Part shown: positions 21,013-35,400 of the stretch, in pieces
How positions within the stretch are numbered: the first letter of the stretch is position 1
How the letters are laid out: every line of letters starts with the position of its first letter
Source of the DNA: an uncultured virus (IMG/VR IMGVR_UViG_2860317346_000001)
Taxonomy: Duplodnaviria; Heunggongvirae; Uroviricota; Caudoviricetes
IMG/VR virus record: IMGVR_UViG_2860317346_000001
Span: 62,001 to 126,000 of that record
Strand: one strand, 5' to 3'
Length of the DNA: 64,000 nucleotides
Translations under genes and position numbers: made by a program
The notes under the pieces: model-generated
Seen by the model: only the letters and a program-made list of their open reading frames with translations
Told to the model about the DNA's origin: nothing
The model's database searches: none

Positions 21013-21419
21013 ATAATAAATTATTTGAAAGATTAACTGTACCGACAATCGTAGCGGTTATACTCGCACATGATGGTTTTGGTGGAACGGAATACGAGGA
21101 TATACGAAATTACCTCACTTCCAGTTTTGGCGGCATCGCTACGAAATTCTACCAGCAGATAGACGCTTGTACGTTATCAAACATGTATTGGTCAGTTAAT
21201 TGTTTGTATACAGCTGAAGATTTCGACTTCGAAGGTTCAGAATACACGTTAAAGGTTGTAAGTAATTATGAAGTAAGAAGGGTGTGTCTGGACATAGCAG
21301 CCGTTGAATTAAACTTACCAAGACAAGCTGAGCCTAAATATGAAAAAATAATAAAATCAATTATTGAATCGGCGTACCGATTTGACCCAATAACTGAGGT
21401 GTTATATCTACCAGAATAG
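21009..21419 (+). CDS. hypothetical protein
   Basis: 136 aa coupled to polB stop; last gene of + strand block. Confidence 0.6.
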   Translation: MNNKLFERLTVPTIVAVILAHDGFGGTEYEDIRNYLTSSFGGIATKFYQQIDACTLSNMYWSVNCLYTAEDFDFEGSEYTLKVVSNYEVRRVCLDIAAVELNLPRQAEPKYEKIIKSIIESAYRFDPITEVLYLPE

Positions 21420-21840
21420 TTCGGGTGAATACATTTAGTGATAATCGACCGAATTTATCTTCATCCGTTTTAGCGTCACGAATTAAAATTTCTTCCCCTA
21501 TTTTTATTTTTTTAGTATTCAACACTTTTTTATAATCATAAACTGTAATTTCCTCAAAATCGGTATCCATTATCGTAAACGTTGTGAACATCGCATCATC
21601 GTTAACAGCAATAACGACACCACGTAATTCAGCGTTCCACATATCCGGTGCGAGGTTTGCTATTTTATCGTTTATCCAGTGTGTACGTACTTCAGGTTCA
21701 TACGTATCACCATCACCGAGATAATCGCGCCACATCAATTCTATCGTACTAACATCTAACATGTTGTTCGATATTTTGGTCATGTAGTCTTTAAATTCGT
21801 CGTAAGTTTGAAATTTTAATTCAGTTTTTAAATCGCTCAT
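21361..21840 (-). CDS. single-stranded DNA-binding protein, archaeal RPA-like OB fold
   Basis: KIANLAPDMWNAELRGVV...TIMD...IKIGEEILIRDA...FGRLSLNV matches RPA OB-fold pattern; ATG at 21840 with GAGTGA RBS. Confidence 0.8.
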   Translation of the reverse strand: MSDLKTELKFQTYDEFKDYMTKISNNMLDVSTIELMWRDYLGDGDTYEPEVRTHWINDKIANLAPDMWNAELRGVVIAVNDDAMFTTFTIMDTDFEEITVYDYKKVLNTKKIKIGEEILIRDAKTDEDKFGRLSLNVFTRTILVDITPQLLGQIGTPIQ

Positions 21841-21890
21841 AAAATAATCACTCTGTGCACCGTTTCGTGTATGTATGTATATACATATCA

Positions 21891-21906
21891 CCATATAAAC
21901 GTTATT
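21891..21906 (-). promoter_or_regulatory. archaeal-type BRE/TATA promoter of SSB gene
   Basis: AATAACGTTTATATGG on - strand, ~50 nt upstream of start. Confidence 0.55.
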
Positions 21907-22094
21907 ACTTACATACACACCACCATATATTATGGTGCACCGTATAGTATGTTGGTACATTAGACATTGACATAAGTGGCTGTATGTACCTGTGGTACGG
22001 TTTCGTAAATATGAACGCGTTCGTGCTAAACGGATAGGTTAAAAAAATAAGAAATGTATGTATGTGTTGTTGATACATAGGTTAGTGTACTAAA

Positions 22095-23429
22095 CTATGC
22101 TTCCGCACGTTCTTCACCCATATGGTTTCGGGTCGAATCACGATTTGGTGTTGGTGATGAGCCATCACCTTCCGGTGAACCGTTCGTTATACCATCGATG
22201 GTTCGACCATCAACTGGCGATTCGTTACTTGATGAATTCGAAGTCATGTAACCACGATTAGCTGCAAGCTTATCTTCGGTAATGTTATCGTAACCCAACA
22301 TCTGTCTGATTTCATTGGTTGTGAACACACCAAGACCTGTAGCAAGTGATGCACGTTTGAATACTTCGGTTTTCCACATCTCAAGCATAACTTTAGCTTT
22401 CGATAAGTCAGCACCGGGGTATTTGTATAAAAAATACTCGTTAATTATTTCGATGATAGAATCGGCGTTCATCATAAAATATGTAGCTATGATAAGTTCA
22501 CTTGAATAATTACTACCAGATTCACCACAAACGGCTGAGACCGGAACGTTTAAACCCGCAGCAATCGTTTTATCGATATCACTTAACATCTGATTAGGTG
22601 ATGAATAGTTAAGTTGGGTTTCAATGATATCAATATCAACGTTATCCGATGTAACGTATGATTGACCAGATTCAATACAACCTATACTCGAAACGTAATC
22701 GGTCATATATTCAGCCGCAGCGTCTTGAGCTTTCTTAATTTTCTCTTGTAATGTACCCGTGAATTCATCGATATCAACATCGATTTTAACCTTATGGTGT
22801 TCACGTGGGACCATTTTGTCTCTCCACATGACATCGTTGTCAACAAGTAATTCTTTCCACTTCAACTGTTTTAGCAACGGCTGGGTTGGTGGTACGGAAT
22901 AGATACTGTATGTTTCACGACCATAGATGTCTTTCATACGAGTTCCTTCCGAGTTTAACGATAAGTGAATAATATCATCAGCTTTATACGTTTTACGCGT
23001 TTGCTGGTCCTTTTCGTTTAACACGTATACTTTTTTATCGGTAATGTACACGTTTTTAGTATTAGTGAAGTTACCAACACGTTTAGCGTCATCAACGATG
23101 GTTACACCAAACGATGGTAACATTTTTTGTGTTTTCTTTTCGATGTACACATCACCGTATTTCATCAAGTTAAATGCTAATGAAATAGCTTTCTTTTGTA
23201 TACCTTCGTGTTTTGCGTTATAACCACTGTACGCTGACCCTACCGCTAAAGAAAAAAACCTTAACCCGGAATATAACGTAAGGTCATTTTCTACGAAATA
23301 ATCAATCATTTCGTAACGATTTTTATCAGTTTTAGCTTCGGCGCGGTCAACAATACTTGCTACAATAGCCTGTCTACGGTTACCGTATAGCGCTTTAGAT
23401 AGATCGGTATAAGTTTGTTTTAGTCCCAT
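22095..23429 (-). CDS. portal protein
   Basis: LMKYGDVYI, DIIHL, IAAGLNVP, GVFTTNEIRQMLGY portal hallmarks; disordered C-tail. Confidence 0.88.
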   Translation of the reverse strand: MGLKQTYTDLSKALYGNRRQAIVASIVDRAEAKTDKNRYEMIDYFVENDLTLYSGLRFFSLAVGSAYSGYNAKHEGIQKKAISLAFNLMKYGDVYIEKKTQKMLPSFGVTIVDDAKRVGNFTNTKNVYITDKKVYVLNEKDQQTRKTYKADDIIHLSLNSEGTRMKDIYGRETYSIYSVPPTQPLLKQLKWKELLVDNDVMWRDKMVPREHHKVKIDVDIDEFTGTLQEKIKKAQDAAAEYMTDYVSSIGCIESGQSYVTSDNVDIDIIETQLNYSSPNQMLSDIDKTIAAGLNVPVSAVCGESGSNYSSELIIATYFMMNADSIIEIINEYFLYKYPGADLSKAKVMLEMWKTEVFKRASLATGLGVFTTNEIRQMLGYDNITEDKLAANRGYMTSNSSSNESPVDGRTIDGITNGSPEGDGSSPTPNRDSTRNHMGEERAEA

Positions 23430-23469
23430 TTAGTATCAACCTCGAAAGAGATGGAAAAAAAGAAGATAT

Positions 23470-26400
23470 TTAAAATTTACTGGAAGTGGACTGTAGTATC
23501 ACTAAAGTTTTCATGTATGTCGACACATCTTCCAGAACTTCGAAGATATTCTTGAGGTATCCATTTGAATTCTTCAAAGCATCCACAAGGCTCGTTACCG
23601 AAGTTGTGATTAGGTTTTTAACGTCGAATGCGCTTCCAGCGGCATTAGCCACGTTTTTACCGGTATCCCATAAGGCTTTAGCCCCATAAACGGGTGCCAT
23701 TATTGTTTGTTTTACATATCCTCCGAGTGCGTTAGTTTGTGCAACTCTTTGGTCTTTTGTTTTCATTACATCACGTGCAGCGAGGTATGAGTCTATACCA
23801 ATTGAAGCAGCTGTTCCGATACCAGGTATGAAATCGGCTATACCACTTGCAACCTCTAAACCTGCACCGAAGTAATCACCTTCCATACCACGTTGAACCG
23901 CACCTATTCCATTGAATACGGCACCGACAACTGGTAATGATTTAAGACCAACTTTACCAATAGCTTTAGCGGTATCTTTACCCAAAACACCGGACGCGAG
24001 GTTTCGTACACTTTTAATTTTACTTAGCAATCCACCTGCGGCTAAACCCATGTAGGCGTCACCTGTTTGGCTTCTGGCTGAAGTAAGTGTTTCGTTCAGT
24101 GTATTAGATTCTGTATCCTCAGTTGATGACGCATTAACTGTAGTTAATGCGAGTAAACCGGCCATTCCACCCATGAGAAGTTTTTGTCTAAGACCTTTAC
24201 CTAGTTTAGAACCAGTAGTAGCTCCGTCAACAGCGTTAGCTAAACGTTTACCAATACCGGTTTTACCGGCAAGGTTCTGTACACCTTTACCCACACCATT
24301 CTGGTAGAAATCATCAAATACACCAGCTACGGCGTTACCAGCTTTACCAAGTGGATCTCCTAATAAATTACCAATCACAGCTGTAGGTTTTTGGAATATT
24401 TTACCGATACCACCAAGCGGTTTTTCAAACACACTACCGATTTTACCAAGTGGACCTTCTAACAAACCGCCAACCATGGCTGCAGGTTTCTGGAATACTT
24501 TACCGATGTTTCCGATGTTACCCAGTATTTTACTCGTTTTATTGAGTGTTTGTGAGCCACCAGTTCCACCAGTTCCACCCGTTCCACCGGTTTTACCTGA
24601 GATTAAACCTTTTACGGTTTTATATGCCGAGTACAACCCACCGATGCCTAGAATACCACTAGCAACCATACCGGCTTTACCGTAGTTGTTTGAATTGTTC
24701 CAGTTATTTACGATACCACCATCTGATGTTGATGGTGTTGTTGATAACTCGACGAAATCGCTACTTAAAGCACCAAAGTTTTTAATTGGAACTAAACCAG
24801 CTGTATTGTTTGTATCATCTGATGATGGACCATTAAGAAGTGAACCGCCTAAATTAGCTAACATACCTACGGCATATAACGGTAAACCAAACTTACCAGC
24901 TTTACCGCTACCTCCAGCAACCATAGCGGCGAGCCCAGCACTCGATACAACCGAACCCAGTGATAGTCCATTGTTAGTTACCTGGTCAACTGTATTCATC
25001 GCAGCAAATCCTGTAGCCGCGCCCTTAAGTGCACCGTATTTACTCGAGCTCATCATACCGAGTTGTGAACCCATCATCATACCACTGAAAGCCATATCAC
25101 CGATACCGTATTGTGCTAACGATTCACCGAGAAGTGACGGTATAATCATCGACAGTGCGGTCGTAGCTACATAACCGCCGAGCTGGCGTTTATAAAACTT
25201 CCTTTCGGATGAAAGGTCATCACCGTAATCAATGTGTGGTGTTGTAGTTGTTTGTTTTTTAGAGTCACCGAATATACGCGCTTTCCATGATTTTTTGGTC
25301 GTGGATTCCTGTGTCGGTATAGGTACTACGGTTGTATTAGCACCAGCGTTTACCTGCTTTTTCGAGTAGCGTTCTTTAGCTGCAACCGATGATACCGGTT
25401 CGTTTTTATTTATAGTAGTACCCGCAGCTATCGGGTCAATCTGTTTTTTAACGTTTATGTTTTTGGCTTCAATATTTTCAACTTTACTGAACGGTAGAAC
25501 ACCTGTAAGCATTCCGAGACCGGAAGCAGCTACGTTTTTAGTTTTCTGCCACATACTTGTTTTAGCAACATTACCACCAGAATTTAAATTTCCACCGGTC
25601 AATGTGTTAAATGTATTAGCTGCTGCACCAAATACTGCACGTTTACCGGTTGCAAGGTAAGCACCTATACGTTCAAGTAACCAGACCGATTTAGCACCTA
25701 GACCAGCTAACCTAGCGAAACCAAGCTGAGCAATACCGATAAGTGATACTGAAGCTTCGACCATCTGCATAGCATAACCTGCACGACCACCCATTTCAAC
25801 CTGTTTAAGGATTGCACCGAGTTCTTTGAAGTTGCTACCAGTTGACGCAGCTGTAGTTCCACCGTTATCGGTATCAACGTTTTCAATTGATGTGTAAGCG
25901 ATACCCATCGCTTCAGCAGCTCTTATGTATAAACCCTGCATCTGCCCCATAGCAGCTTCGTATACGTTACTGTTACCTTGAGCAACCGTAATAACATCTG
26001 TATCAAGCTTACCTTGGTAGAACGCTTCGATTTCACGTGAGTAATCGAGTAATCTGTTGGTTTCAACATTCGTACCCGTTAAACTTACAATTGTTACAAC
26101 GCTGTTGTACAATGCAGCTAAGAAATCTACCATTAAACCCGTGTTAAGTTTAATCGCGTCCATAGGTTCCGCTAATGCAGCTGATTCCAAACCGAAATTT
26201 TCATCAACAATCGCACGAGCCTTTGTACCCTGTTGTGCTGCGAATAGTTTTTCAAGTTCACCGTCACCTAAGTTAGGGTATAGCGAACGTAACGTGTCAA
26301 CGCTATCGGTGTTGTATTCACCCGAAAGGTAAACGGTTTGACCTGCGTCAGCACTTGCGTATTTAGCATACCATTCCATCAATTTAGCTTGTTCATCAAC

Positions 26401-29400
26401 ACCTTGTGTGTTCATTACGGTAAATATCGTCGGGTCCGCACGTACTAAAGCGGCGTATTCAGCCGCACTACCTTGTTTAGCTAACGTAGCAGAAGCCTGT
26501 CCTGATGCTCTAGCCATATCGAGTCCTGACGCACCATAATATGGTACCTCGAAGCCCTGTGACTTTAGCAGTTGTTCTGATAACGTACCCTCTGAGCGTC
26601 TACCCATGCTTTTCAATCCCGAAACGGATTGCCATGACCAAAGCATACCAAGGGCACCCATTAAAGGACCAATCATGGCGCTACTCATCTGCATAGCTTT
26701 TCCACCGAATAAATCAAGTGTTTTTTCAGTCGCAGTAAGTGCACCACGTACACCACTCCAAGTTTCGCTCTTGCCTTTATTTTTGTATTCGGCTTTGGTA
26801 GAGTTGTAGATTTCTCCGAATTCCGTAGTTTTCAACCACTTTGAAACTTTGTTTTTAACTGAGTTTGAAAGTGTTTCGTTCATTATGTCAGCAACGTCCT
26901 GAACTTCTGTATCTGATAAACTACCATCTTCGATTTTACTAGCAAGGCGTTCTGCTTCCGTTTTGAAACTACCTGACATTCCGCGTACGGCTTTGTTGTA
27001 TTCATCAATAGCGTCAGAACCCATGTTACCTACAGCTGTTTTGATATCGTCTGCCGATTTACGTGAAATCGTTGATTCGTCAAAGCCATCACCAAGCATT
27101 TTAGCAACGTGACCGCGTGCAGTTTTTAGGTCTTCACCAGATAAATTACCATCAGCATTATGGACGAGTTTCATTATCTTTTTAGTCATAGTTTCGTTAG
27201 TATCGGTGTTATCGTCCAATACCAAGTCTTCTACATTCGTAGTTTTCGTCTGTGAGTAATCACGTACCATCTGAGCAAATTCTGCTCTACTAACACGTTT
27301 ATTATCACCAACGCCACCTTTTAAGCGCTTAAGGTCAGCTTTAACGTTAGCCGTTTCATCTGGGCCTGACTGAATACGTGCATCTGCACCCGCACCAAAC
27401 AATTCACTACCAACCATACCACGCATGACGGTTTTGACGTTTTCGATACGTTTCTGCTCACGACCTACCTCAGCTTCGTTTATTCCAGCTACTTTCTCGA
27501 ACTTAGTGCTTCCCGGTTCATCGAATTTACGGTCAAACACGTATTCCAAGCTATCCATGATACCTTTTGGTGCTGGTACGTTCGCGTTGTTTAAAACGTG
27601 TGAAAGTACAGACATCATCGAATATCTCTGAACTTCTTGCATGTTGTCGTTTACAAGATTCAGGACGCTGTTCTGTAAGTATTCCGGTAAGTTAGCCATA
27701 GGTAAGTTCTGTGTCAATACACCCTGGTTTCTCATTATCTGTTTGTATTGTTTAATTTTCGATAACGAATCCATTGTACGTTGTATTGAATCGTATTTCA
27801 TTTTAGCCGCGTAATCCCAGTCGGTTGAGAATAACGCTTTGTCGGTGACTCTAGTTACACCATAACCCTCAACATTAAAGGTGTAAGCTCCAGCGTTGTG
27901 ACCTATAATTTTATCGAGACCTTCAAAGTCTTGCATTTTAGCCATAGCTTCGGGTGCAACACCTGCACTAGCTGACATTTTACCAAGTTCAAGAACCATA
28001 GCAGCTGTAGCGTACGGGTTACCTGATAAAGTTGCTGCGTAAGTTGAAACCATTCCACGGGTACCTGTATCGAGAACTTTTACAAGTTTACCAACGTTAT
28101 CCGTAATAGCGGCATACGCATCACGAGCTTCTGGTGATGTGTTATCGTCATTTAATGCTGTTTCAGCTTCGGTTGCGATTTCTTTCTGCCTTTCTTTAAC
28201 GGTAGCAACATCGAAGATGTTTTCAACAATGTCAGCGACAGCTTTTTGTGTAGCATTACTTGTTTTATCAAGATTTTGTACCTGTAAGTACGATTTCGTA
28301 GCGTAAGTTTCCAACATCGACGCTGTACTTGCACGGTTTAGATTATTACGTAAGTAATCAGCCATTGATAAACCCGCTAAAAGTTTAGCGTCTTTACCAC
28401 CGGAAGCACCTTCCATACGTTTTATTACTTCTTCGTTTAATTCGGAAGTATTTTTCTTAGCTAATTCGTGTAAGTCGTCAAACACGAAATTTAACGTGGA
28501 ATGCATAGATTTGAGGTCTTTATTGAATATATTTGTTATATACCCAGACGCGGAGTCGATTGCACGTTTAAATCTATCTAATGATTGGTACGAACCAACG
28601 TTAGATTTAGGATTGTAAACAGCTAAACCGTTTTTACTTTCATGGATTGCTAACGAATCATTTACATCGTATAAGTTGTTCGTAAACTCGTCACTCATTA
28701 ATTTTCTCGCATCTTTGTCTTTTATTCCTTTCTTTATCGCTATGAGACCGAGTTCTTTAACGTCGTCATTCGTAAGTTTACCGTATTTTAATTTACGTTC
28801 ACTTATCATTTCGATGAAGCTGTCATATACACCGGATTCAACACCGAGATTTCTTTCGGAAGAGTCACTGAATGTTTTCAACATAGCAACGGCACCACGA
28901 ACACTCTCAACTGAACGTAAACGGTCACCGTTATTCAAAGTTTTTTCAAATAACTGTTTGAATGCACCGTATTCCATTCCACGGAAATCGTACATATTTG
29001 ATACGAGGTCTATGAAATTCTTATCAGTATCAGGTATACGGTTCTTGTATGTTTCTGTGAACGGTGTACCTTTGACGATTGTCCGTATTACAGCTTTAGC
29101 GGTATCAAGTGCACCACCTGTGTTACCACCTGCAAATTCCACACCGTCGCCGAGTTCATCCCTATGCGTTTTGACATATTCGTGTGCATCTGCACGGTCA
29201 ACCACTGTAACGTCGCCTGTAACTCTATCGCGGAATACCATATGACTTGAAGTCTGGTTTTTCCATTCGTTGGCTCCGTGGAATTTGTTGCCCGCATCAG
29301 TTGCGTGTGTATTATCGTTAACGTACGCGCCAGTTATTTTGAAACCTTGTTCACGTAACTGCTTGATTACTTCGGAATTAGGTAATCCTTTTTTATCACC

Positions 29401-32400
29401 TACACCGTGTGATTCAAACACTGTATCAGCACCACGGGATGCAACCGTACCAATTAATATGTGTCGACCCGAACCCTTGTCATGATTACCACTTATAAGC
29501 GGAACCCAATTAGCGTCGTTACCATCGTAATTGTCACCACCGTTAAGCTCGTACATTACATTCATCATGTTTACGTCGGTAGCCGAATCAAACATGTCAC
29601 CTTTCATGAGTACTTTTTCAGGTAAGGTCTTTCTGTAGCGTTTTATTTCTTCGATATAATTTGATTCATCACCACTTGGTCTGAAGTGTTTATCACTTAC
29701 GACATATTCACCGGGCATGGTCTGTAAGCTTCCACGAGCTCTAGCTAACGCAACACCTTTTTGCGCCGCACGGATTTGTTCTTCCGATACGAAGCCTAAT
29801 GAGTTGATAGTTTCAGCATCCACACCAAATTCATCAGCTATCTGAGCGTTGAACGCTTTCATAGCATCACGTGGTGTCATTCTGAGTACCGGAACCTGTT
29901 TACCACCAACATCTACTTTACTTGATGTAAATGCGCGTAACTGTTCTTTCATTTTACTCATGTAGTTAATTAGTGTAGCTTTATCCTTAGTACCTTTCAC
30001 GTTTTCAAGCGTTGATGTACCAGCAAATTCTAACTGAATAGCTTCATCATCTAAAGCATTACCGTTTTCGTCAAACCTGTTTTTGAGTATCGCAACAGCA
30101 CCATCATCACGTATATCTATGGATTCTGATGCGGCCATATTAGCTACAGCACCAATAATGCTCTGTAACGCCGTAATGTTTGCTGTGTCGTCTCCACCTA
30201 ACATATTGGTTATGTTATCGATGTCTTCTTTTCCAACACCCAACTCTTTCTCGATATCGTCATAGCTAACATTACCATCTTTGTTGTAGTATTCGTTCTT
30301 TTTAGCGTAGATTAATTCGTTTGCGAAATCAACCATCATGCCGATTTTTTCGTCATAGGTTGCACGTTTTTGGGTATTGGTATCGGTAGCGATAAGGTCC
30401 TGGAATTTTTTACCTAAAACCTTAAACAACGCAGCCGTACCTTCAGAAAATTCTTCTGATTTGAAGTGCGCTTTGTTGAATCCGGCTGATAACACATCAC
30501 CGTTAACGTCTTTAATCTCACCGTAACTCATAGCGTTTAAGAATTCATCGTATGAACCGAATTGTGAATCTTTACCGTTACTGTACAACCGAGCGACCTT
30601 GTTCATGTCAGCTGTATCATCAGTTACGAAACCTTTAGCGGAGTCTTTAACCGAATCGAAAGCTACAGCGTCGTACGTTGAACCGTTTCTTATTGCGGAC
30701 AGATATCTATCTGCAATCTGTACAGCCGGAATTCTTGACATTCTACCGTATGGTGCGGTTGATAATAAGCCACTTTCATCGTTGAAACGTAGTGTCGCCA
30801 TACCAGATTTCTTGAACACACCGTACCTATGTACATCCGCGAGTGCGTTTAATGCGTGGTTAACTTTAACCGCAGTTGCTGTATCAGCTTCCGACATACC
30901 TTTACCGTGTGTATTTAATTTATTACTCCACACTTCGTATGTCCCTTCTAAATATTCGTGTGCTTCATCAAGTTTATCAGCGTTGACTAAACTTTGAACC
31001 GTGGTAATAACCTCGTTTATGGATTCACTCGTGGCACCAGTTGCTAAGGCTGCAGCAGGTATAGTTGTAGGTTCAATGGCCCTAATGTTCGCTTTAAGTG
31101 AGTTTTCATATTTTTTGTTATCCGTAAGTAAACCTTTCGTGAGTTCATCAGCAACACTGAAAATCGTATCTAAGTGTCCCTGTGTTTCATCTGATACATT
31201 CGCACGTGCAACCATGTAATCCATACGTGATTGTACGAATTCGTTTACGTAAGCCATCAGATTTGAATAAATAACACTTCCACTTAATGGTGTGTCGGAT
31301 TGTAGCGCTTCGTCAAATTTACCAAACGATTCCATAACGTTATTTGCTATCGAGAACAGGTTTACGCCATCTTCACCTTTACCTAAATTCTTCAGGTAAG
31401 CCATTGATTTTTGTAATTTTTCTTTCTGTTCAGCGCTAACGTCAACATCAGCCAACCGTAAATTATTACGTAAAGCTTTATTGAATACCGTATTTTTCGT
31501 TGCGTTATAGTTTGAACCTTTGAGTAACAGGTAATCCATTACGTTGCCGTAAGTGTTTCTGAAATGACCTGATGCGTCACCACTAACGTTTTTATTACCG
31601 TTTAGCGTTGTGAGTAATTCTGACATCTCAGCTGCTTCACGTAAGTTTTCGGGTATCATCGAATACATACTACCTTTATTGTACGTAGTTACCATGTTAC
31701 TGTGTGAAACCTTATGTGGTACAACTTTAGAACCCTTTTCGGTGTTTTCTAACCTAAACCCAAACAAATAGCCCATTAAATCATCAGCGTTAACCGTAGA
31801 CATGTGTGCTAAATTTAAATTTGCACCATCACGTGTTGTACCTTTGATGAAATTTACGATATCGTTCGTTACTCTACCACTTTTAGCGTCGAGCATTCCT
31901 GCTTGTAAACTTACAAGTTTTGAACGTAACTTATCGGTATTTGTAGCATCTTCACTCGTATTGAGTACCGCTTGTTGGAATTTTTTAAGGTCATCTTCAG
32001 TTAAATCGAAACCGTAACCGAAATTGCTTATGTTTTTAGTTGATTTAGCAACCATGTTTTTCATTCTGCTGAGTTCTGAAACTACAGCAATCATGTTAGG
32101 TTTTCTTTCCGTGAATGATAAGTTCTTATCTAACCCAGCAATAGCTGTACCGACACCGAATAATCTATCCATTCTGAACATATCTTCGAGTGAACTAGCT
32201 TTGTTGATTAAACCAGGAGTTTCATCATCACCAAACATAAACCTTTTAGCGTTTTCGTCACCGAGTCTAAACATATTCCTATTAGTTTGCATATCTGCAG
32301 CTGAAATCTTTTTACGGCTGTGACCGTATAACGTATCGGCTCCGTCTTCGTATTTTATCAACTTACCATCAGAATCAAACATTTCACGTTCAAATTCCTC

Positions 32401-35400
32401 TAAAGCGTTAGCCCCGTGGCCGAAATCCGCTTGGAACATTTTGTACAGTATCATGTTGTCCAAGTTTCTACGATTACCGATAATGCTACCGTATAATTCT
32501 TCATTACTGATACTAATCGCATCGTACCCGAAAGTTGAGCTAGTATTATTTGTAGTCCATTTTTTACGTAAATCATCGAGTGATAATGCGCGTGTAAACG
32601 ATTTATCGTCTGCATCGAACTTCATATCCTGATAAGCGTATTTAACGAAAGCCTTAAAGGCATCACTATTGATTTTATTACGTTCCATACGGTTAGCGCC
32701 ACGTAATATGTTTACACCGTCATCGGAAAGAGATGTTACATATTCGCTCTTAGCATAATCGTTAACTGTAACGTAGCTATCATTTCCGGCGTCATTAACC
32801 AGAAGTTTTCTATTCGAAAGGCCCTTTAATGTTTTTTTCTGACCATTATCAAATACTACAATGTTACCTTCGTTATCGGTTCCTTGTACCTTATAATGTG
32901 ACTTACCGTCAACAACTTCTTTTACAGCACCAGCTTGTAACAATCGTCTAGCGTTAGCTTCGGTTGTCGTGTATGAGAATTTCATACCGGTTGTATCGGA
33001 TAGTTTATTGAATTCATGTAATTGTTCACGCACGGTTGATGCCGATGTACCCTGTAAATCAACACTGACTCTGTACTTATCTGCTAATTCTACAGCTGAA
33101 ACACCTAAATGTTTGAATTCTGCTGTTAACATTTTGAACGAAAAGGCTAAATCTTTAAACCATGCAGACCCACGAAGTTCACTTGCGCTACTTGCTGTGT
33201 CGAAACGAGCTGAATACATTTTACGTTCTTGAGCAACTCTAAACTGTAAGTAATCGTTTGTTGTAGCTAACTCGCCATTTATAGGTACGTTTTCAAGTAA
33301 CTTTGACGCGGTAAGTCCACTTACTGAATGGTCTTGTGTATTGAACTGGAACCTTGAATCGCCAATAAATTTATTAACGTTTCTTGCCTGATTTGCGTAG
33401 TAATACCTCAACCAGTGTGGTACTTCGTACATTTTACCATCGCGCATCGAAGCCATGTTATTTTTATCAAACGAAGTCATCATAGCTTTATATGTTCCGG
33501 CTAATGAGCTTGTCATGACGTGTTTTCCGAAACCGGACGCCTGTAATGCCATAGGTAATAACATGTTAAGTTTTTCACCTGTAGCATCCATCAGTGACCT
33601 GTCGATTCTACCACCGAATGCATTACGTAATTGTGTAAAGATTATACCGCGTGTTTCCGGTGAAATACCGGCGTCGTTACTGAATAGTGTTTGGAATCTA
33701 CCATTAATACCTCGGATACTGTCGAGTAATGAACCTATAAACTCGTTATTATTTACATCACCGATACGTTCGGGGTATCCCTCTAATGTCTTATTTAAAT
33801 TATCCAAAGCGCCCCGAATTCTATCGGTATCACGCTGGCCACCACTAGCCTCACGTGAATCGCGTACGATATTATCGAATAGTGTACCGTATACGTCCAA
33901 AGCGATACGATGTGGGTCAAACGCGTTCAATCTAGGTGTATCGAGTTCGGATAATTTTGATATAATCGAGTCGAGGTGTACATTTCGTTTATCATTAGGC
34001 ACCATTCCACCTACTTCACTGTATAATAACGTACTGATGTATTTTGACATCTTTTTCATGTCATTAACGAAAGCCGCCTTTTCATCCGCGTTTTCAGGTA
34101 ATTTCATGTTCGTACCGTTGAACATTTCGTCGAGTACGTGATTAAATATACTCTGACCATCCAAGTCGAATAACTGGTACAGCATTCCGAACCTTATCGC
34201 ACCCGGTGCGTTCAAGCTGTTCGTCGCATTAAACCCAATACCTGCTAATACGCCAGATAAGAACATTTTGTCGTTGAATTTCATAACAACGTCAAAGGCG
34301 TCTTTGTTGACTAATTCGAAGGTATATAACTTGGATATAGTTTCTGCGAATTTAACGACATCACTGATATTTTCATCTTTGTAGAACTTTCTGTATAATG
34401 GTCCCATCAAATCTACAAATAAACGCGCTTTAGCTGTGTCGTTTAACCTACCCTCAGCGGTAAAGTATTCTCTGTACGCTGGGTTCTGTTCCAACATCTG
34501 ACCTAATATTACGTTGAGTTCGGATGCTACTGTTTTGAAGTTGAACAAAAATTTAACTTCGGAACTTGCACGTTCACGCATACTTTCGTCACTGAGAGCG
34601 TACTCCAATGCACTTTTCAAGTATGCACGTAATTCTGATTTACCAGCTTTATCCAATCCGCTGTATGTAAGTTGTTTCAAGTCACCATCGAACATGATAT
34701 CCGTAGGTGTAAAGAACATACGCATTAAGTCTGGTGGTGTACCTTCACCCGGTATTCCCCCTAAGTGGAATACTTTCATCGTAGCTTGAACCAAGTCACC
34801 GCCAATTTTATTTATGGCATCACTTGAATCCATGAAATCGTCGGAATCTGTCATCAAACTTAATTCTAACCAGTCATCACCTAAATTAAATTCACCTTTC
34901 TTGAAATTGGATTTCTTAGACAAATAAAGCGCGTCGTATAAGTGTCTCATCCATTTAGCGTGGTTTTCGTTGAGTATAATATCACGTGTAAGTAATCTAC
35001 GACGAACACCATCGCGGCAAGTGTGCATTACACCAGCTGGTATTTTGGCGTTTTCACCAAAGAAGCCGAGAACTTTAATATCGACGAGTTTACCGTTTTC
35101 GTATTCCTCGTAATAGAGAACTTTACCCATTTTCGTGTTTGAATCGAGTAATGTCTGAACTGACATTTCAGCTATACCTTGTACAGCGTTTATACGTTGT
35201 GATATCGTGTTTGCGGCATCATCAAGGTCACCCGCAACGAATTTTTGTTCGGCCATCTGTTTCAATAACCTTACGGACATATTTAATCCAACTAAACCAT
35301 TTATTTTGGTTGACATTGAACCGTTTTTCAAAAATACGGGAGTCGACCCTCTGTTTGCGGTGTACAACTCTTTCATTACACTACCAAACGCTTGTATAAC

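Noticed and set aside
21841..21960. N-terminal extension of the SSB ORF
   Set aside because: Covers the promoter/repeat region; ATG 21840 has an RBS
24556..24590. GGT-GGA-ACT tandem repeat
   Set aside because: Simply encodes a (GGT)n linker in the TMP C-terminus
29400..29600. Possible NlpC/P60-like remnant in the giant protein (GDMFDS...RHILIG...FESHG)
   Set aside because: No catalytic Cys and similarity too weak to support by eye
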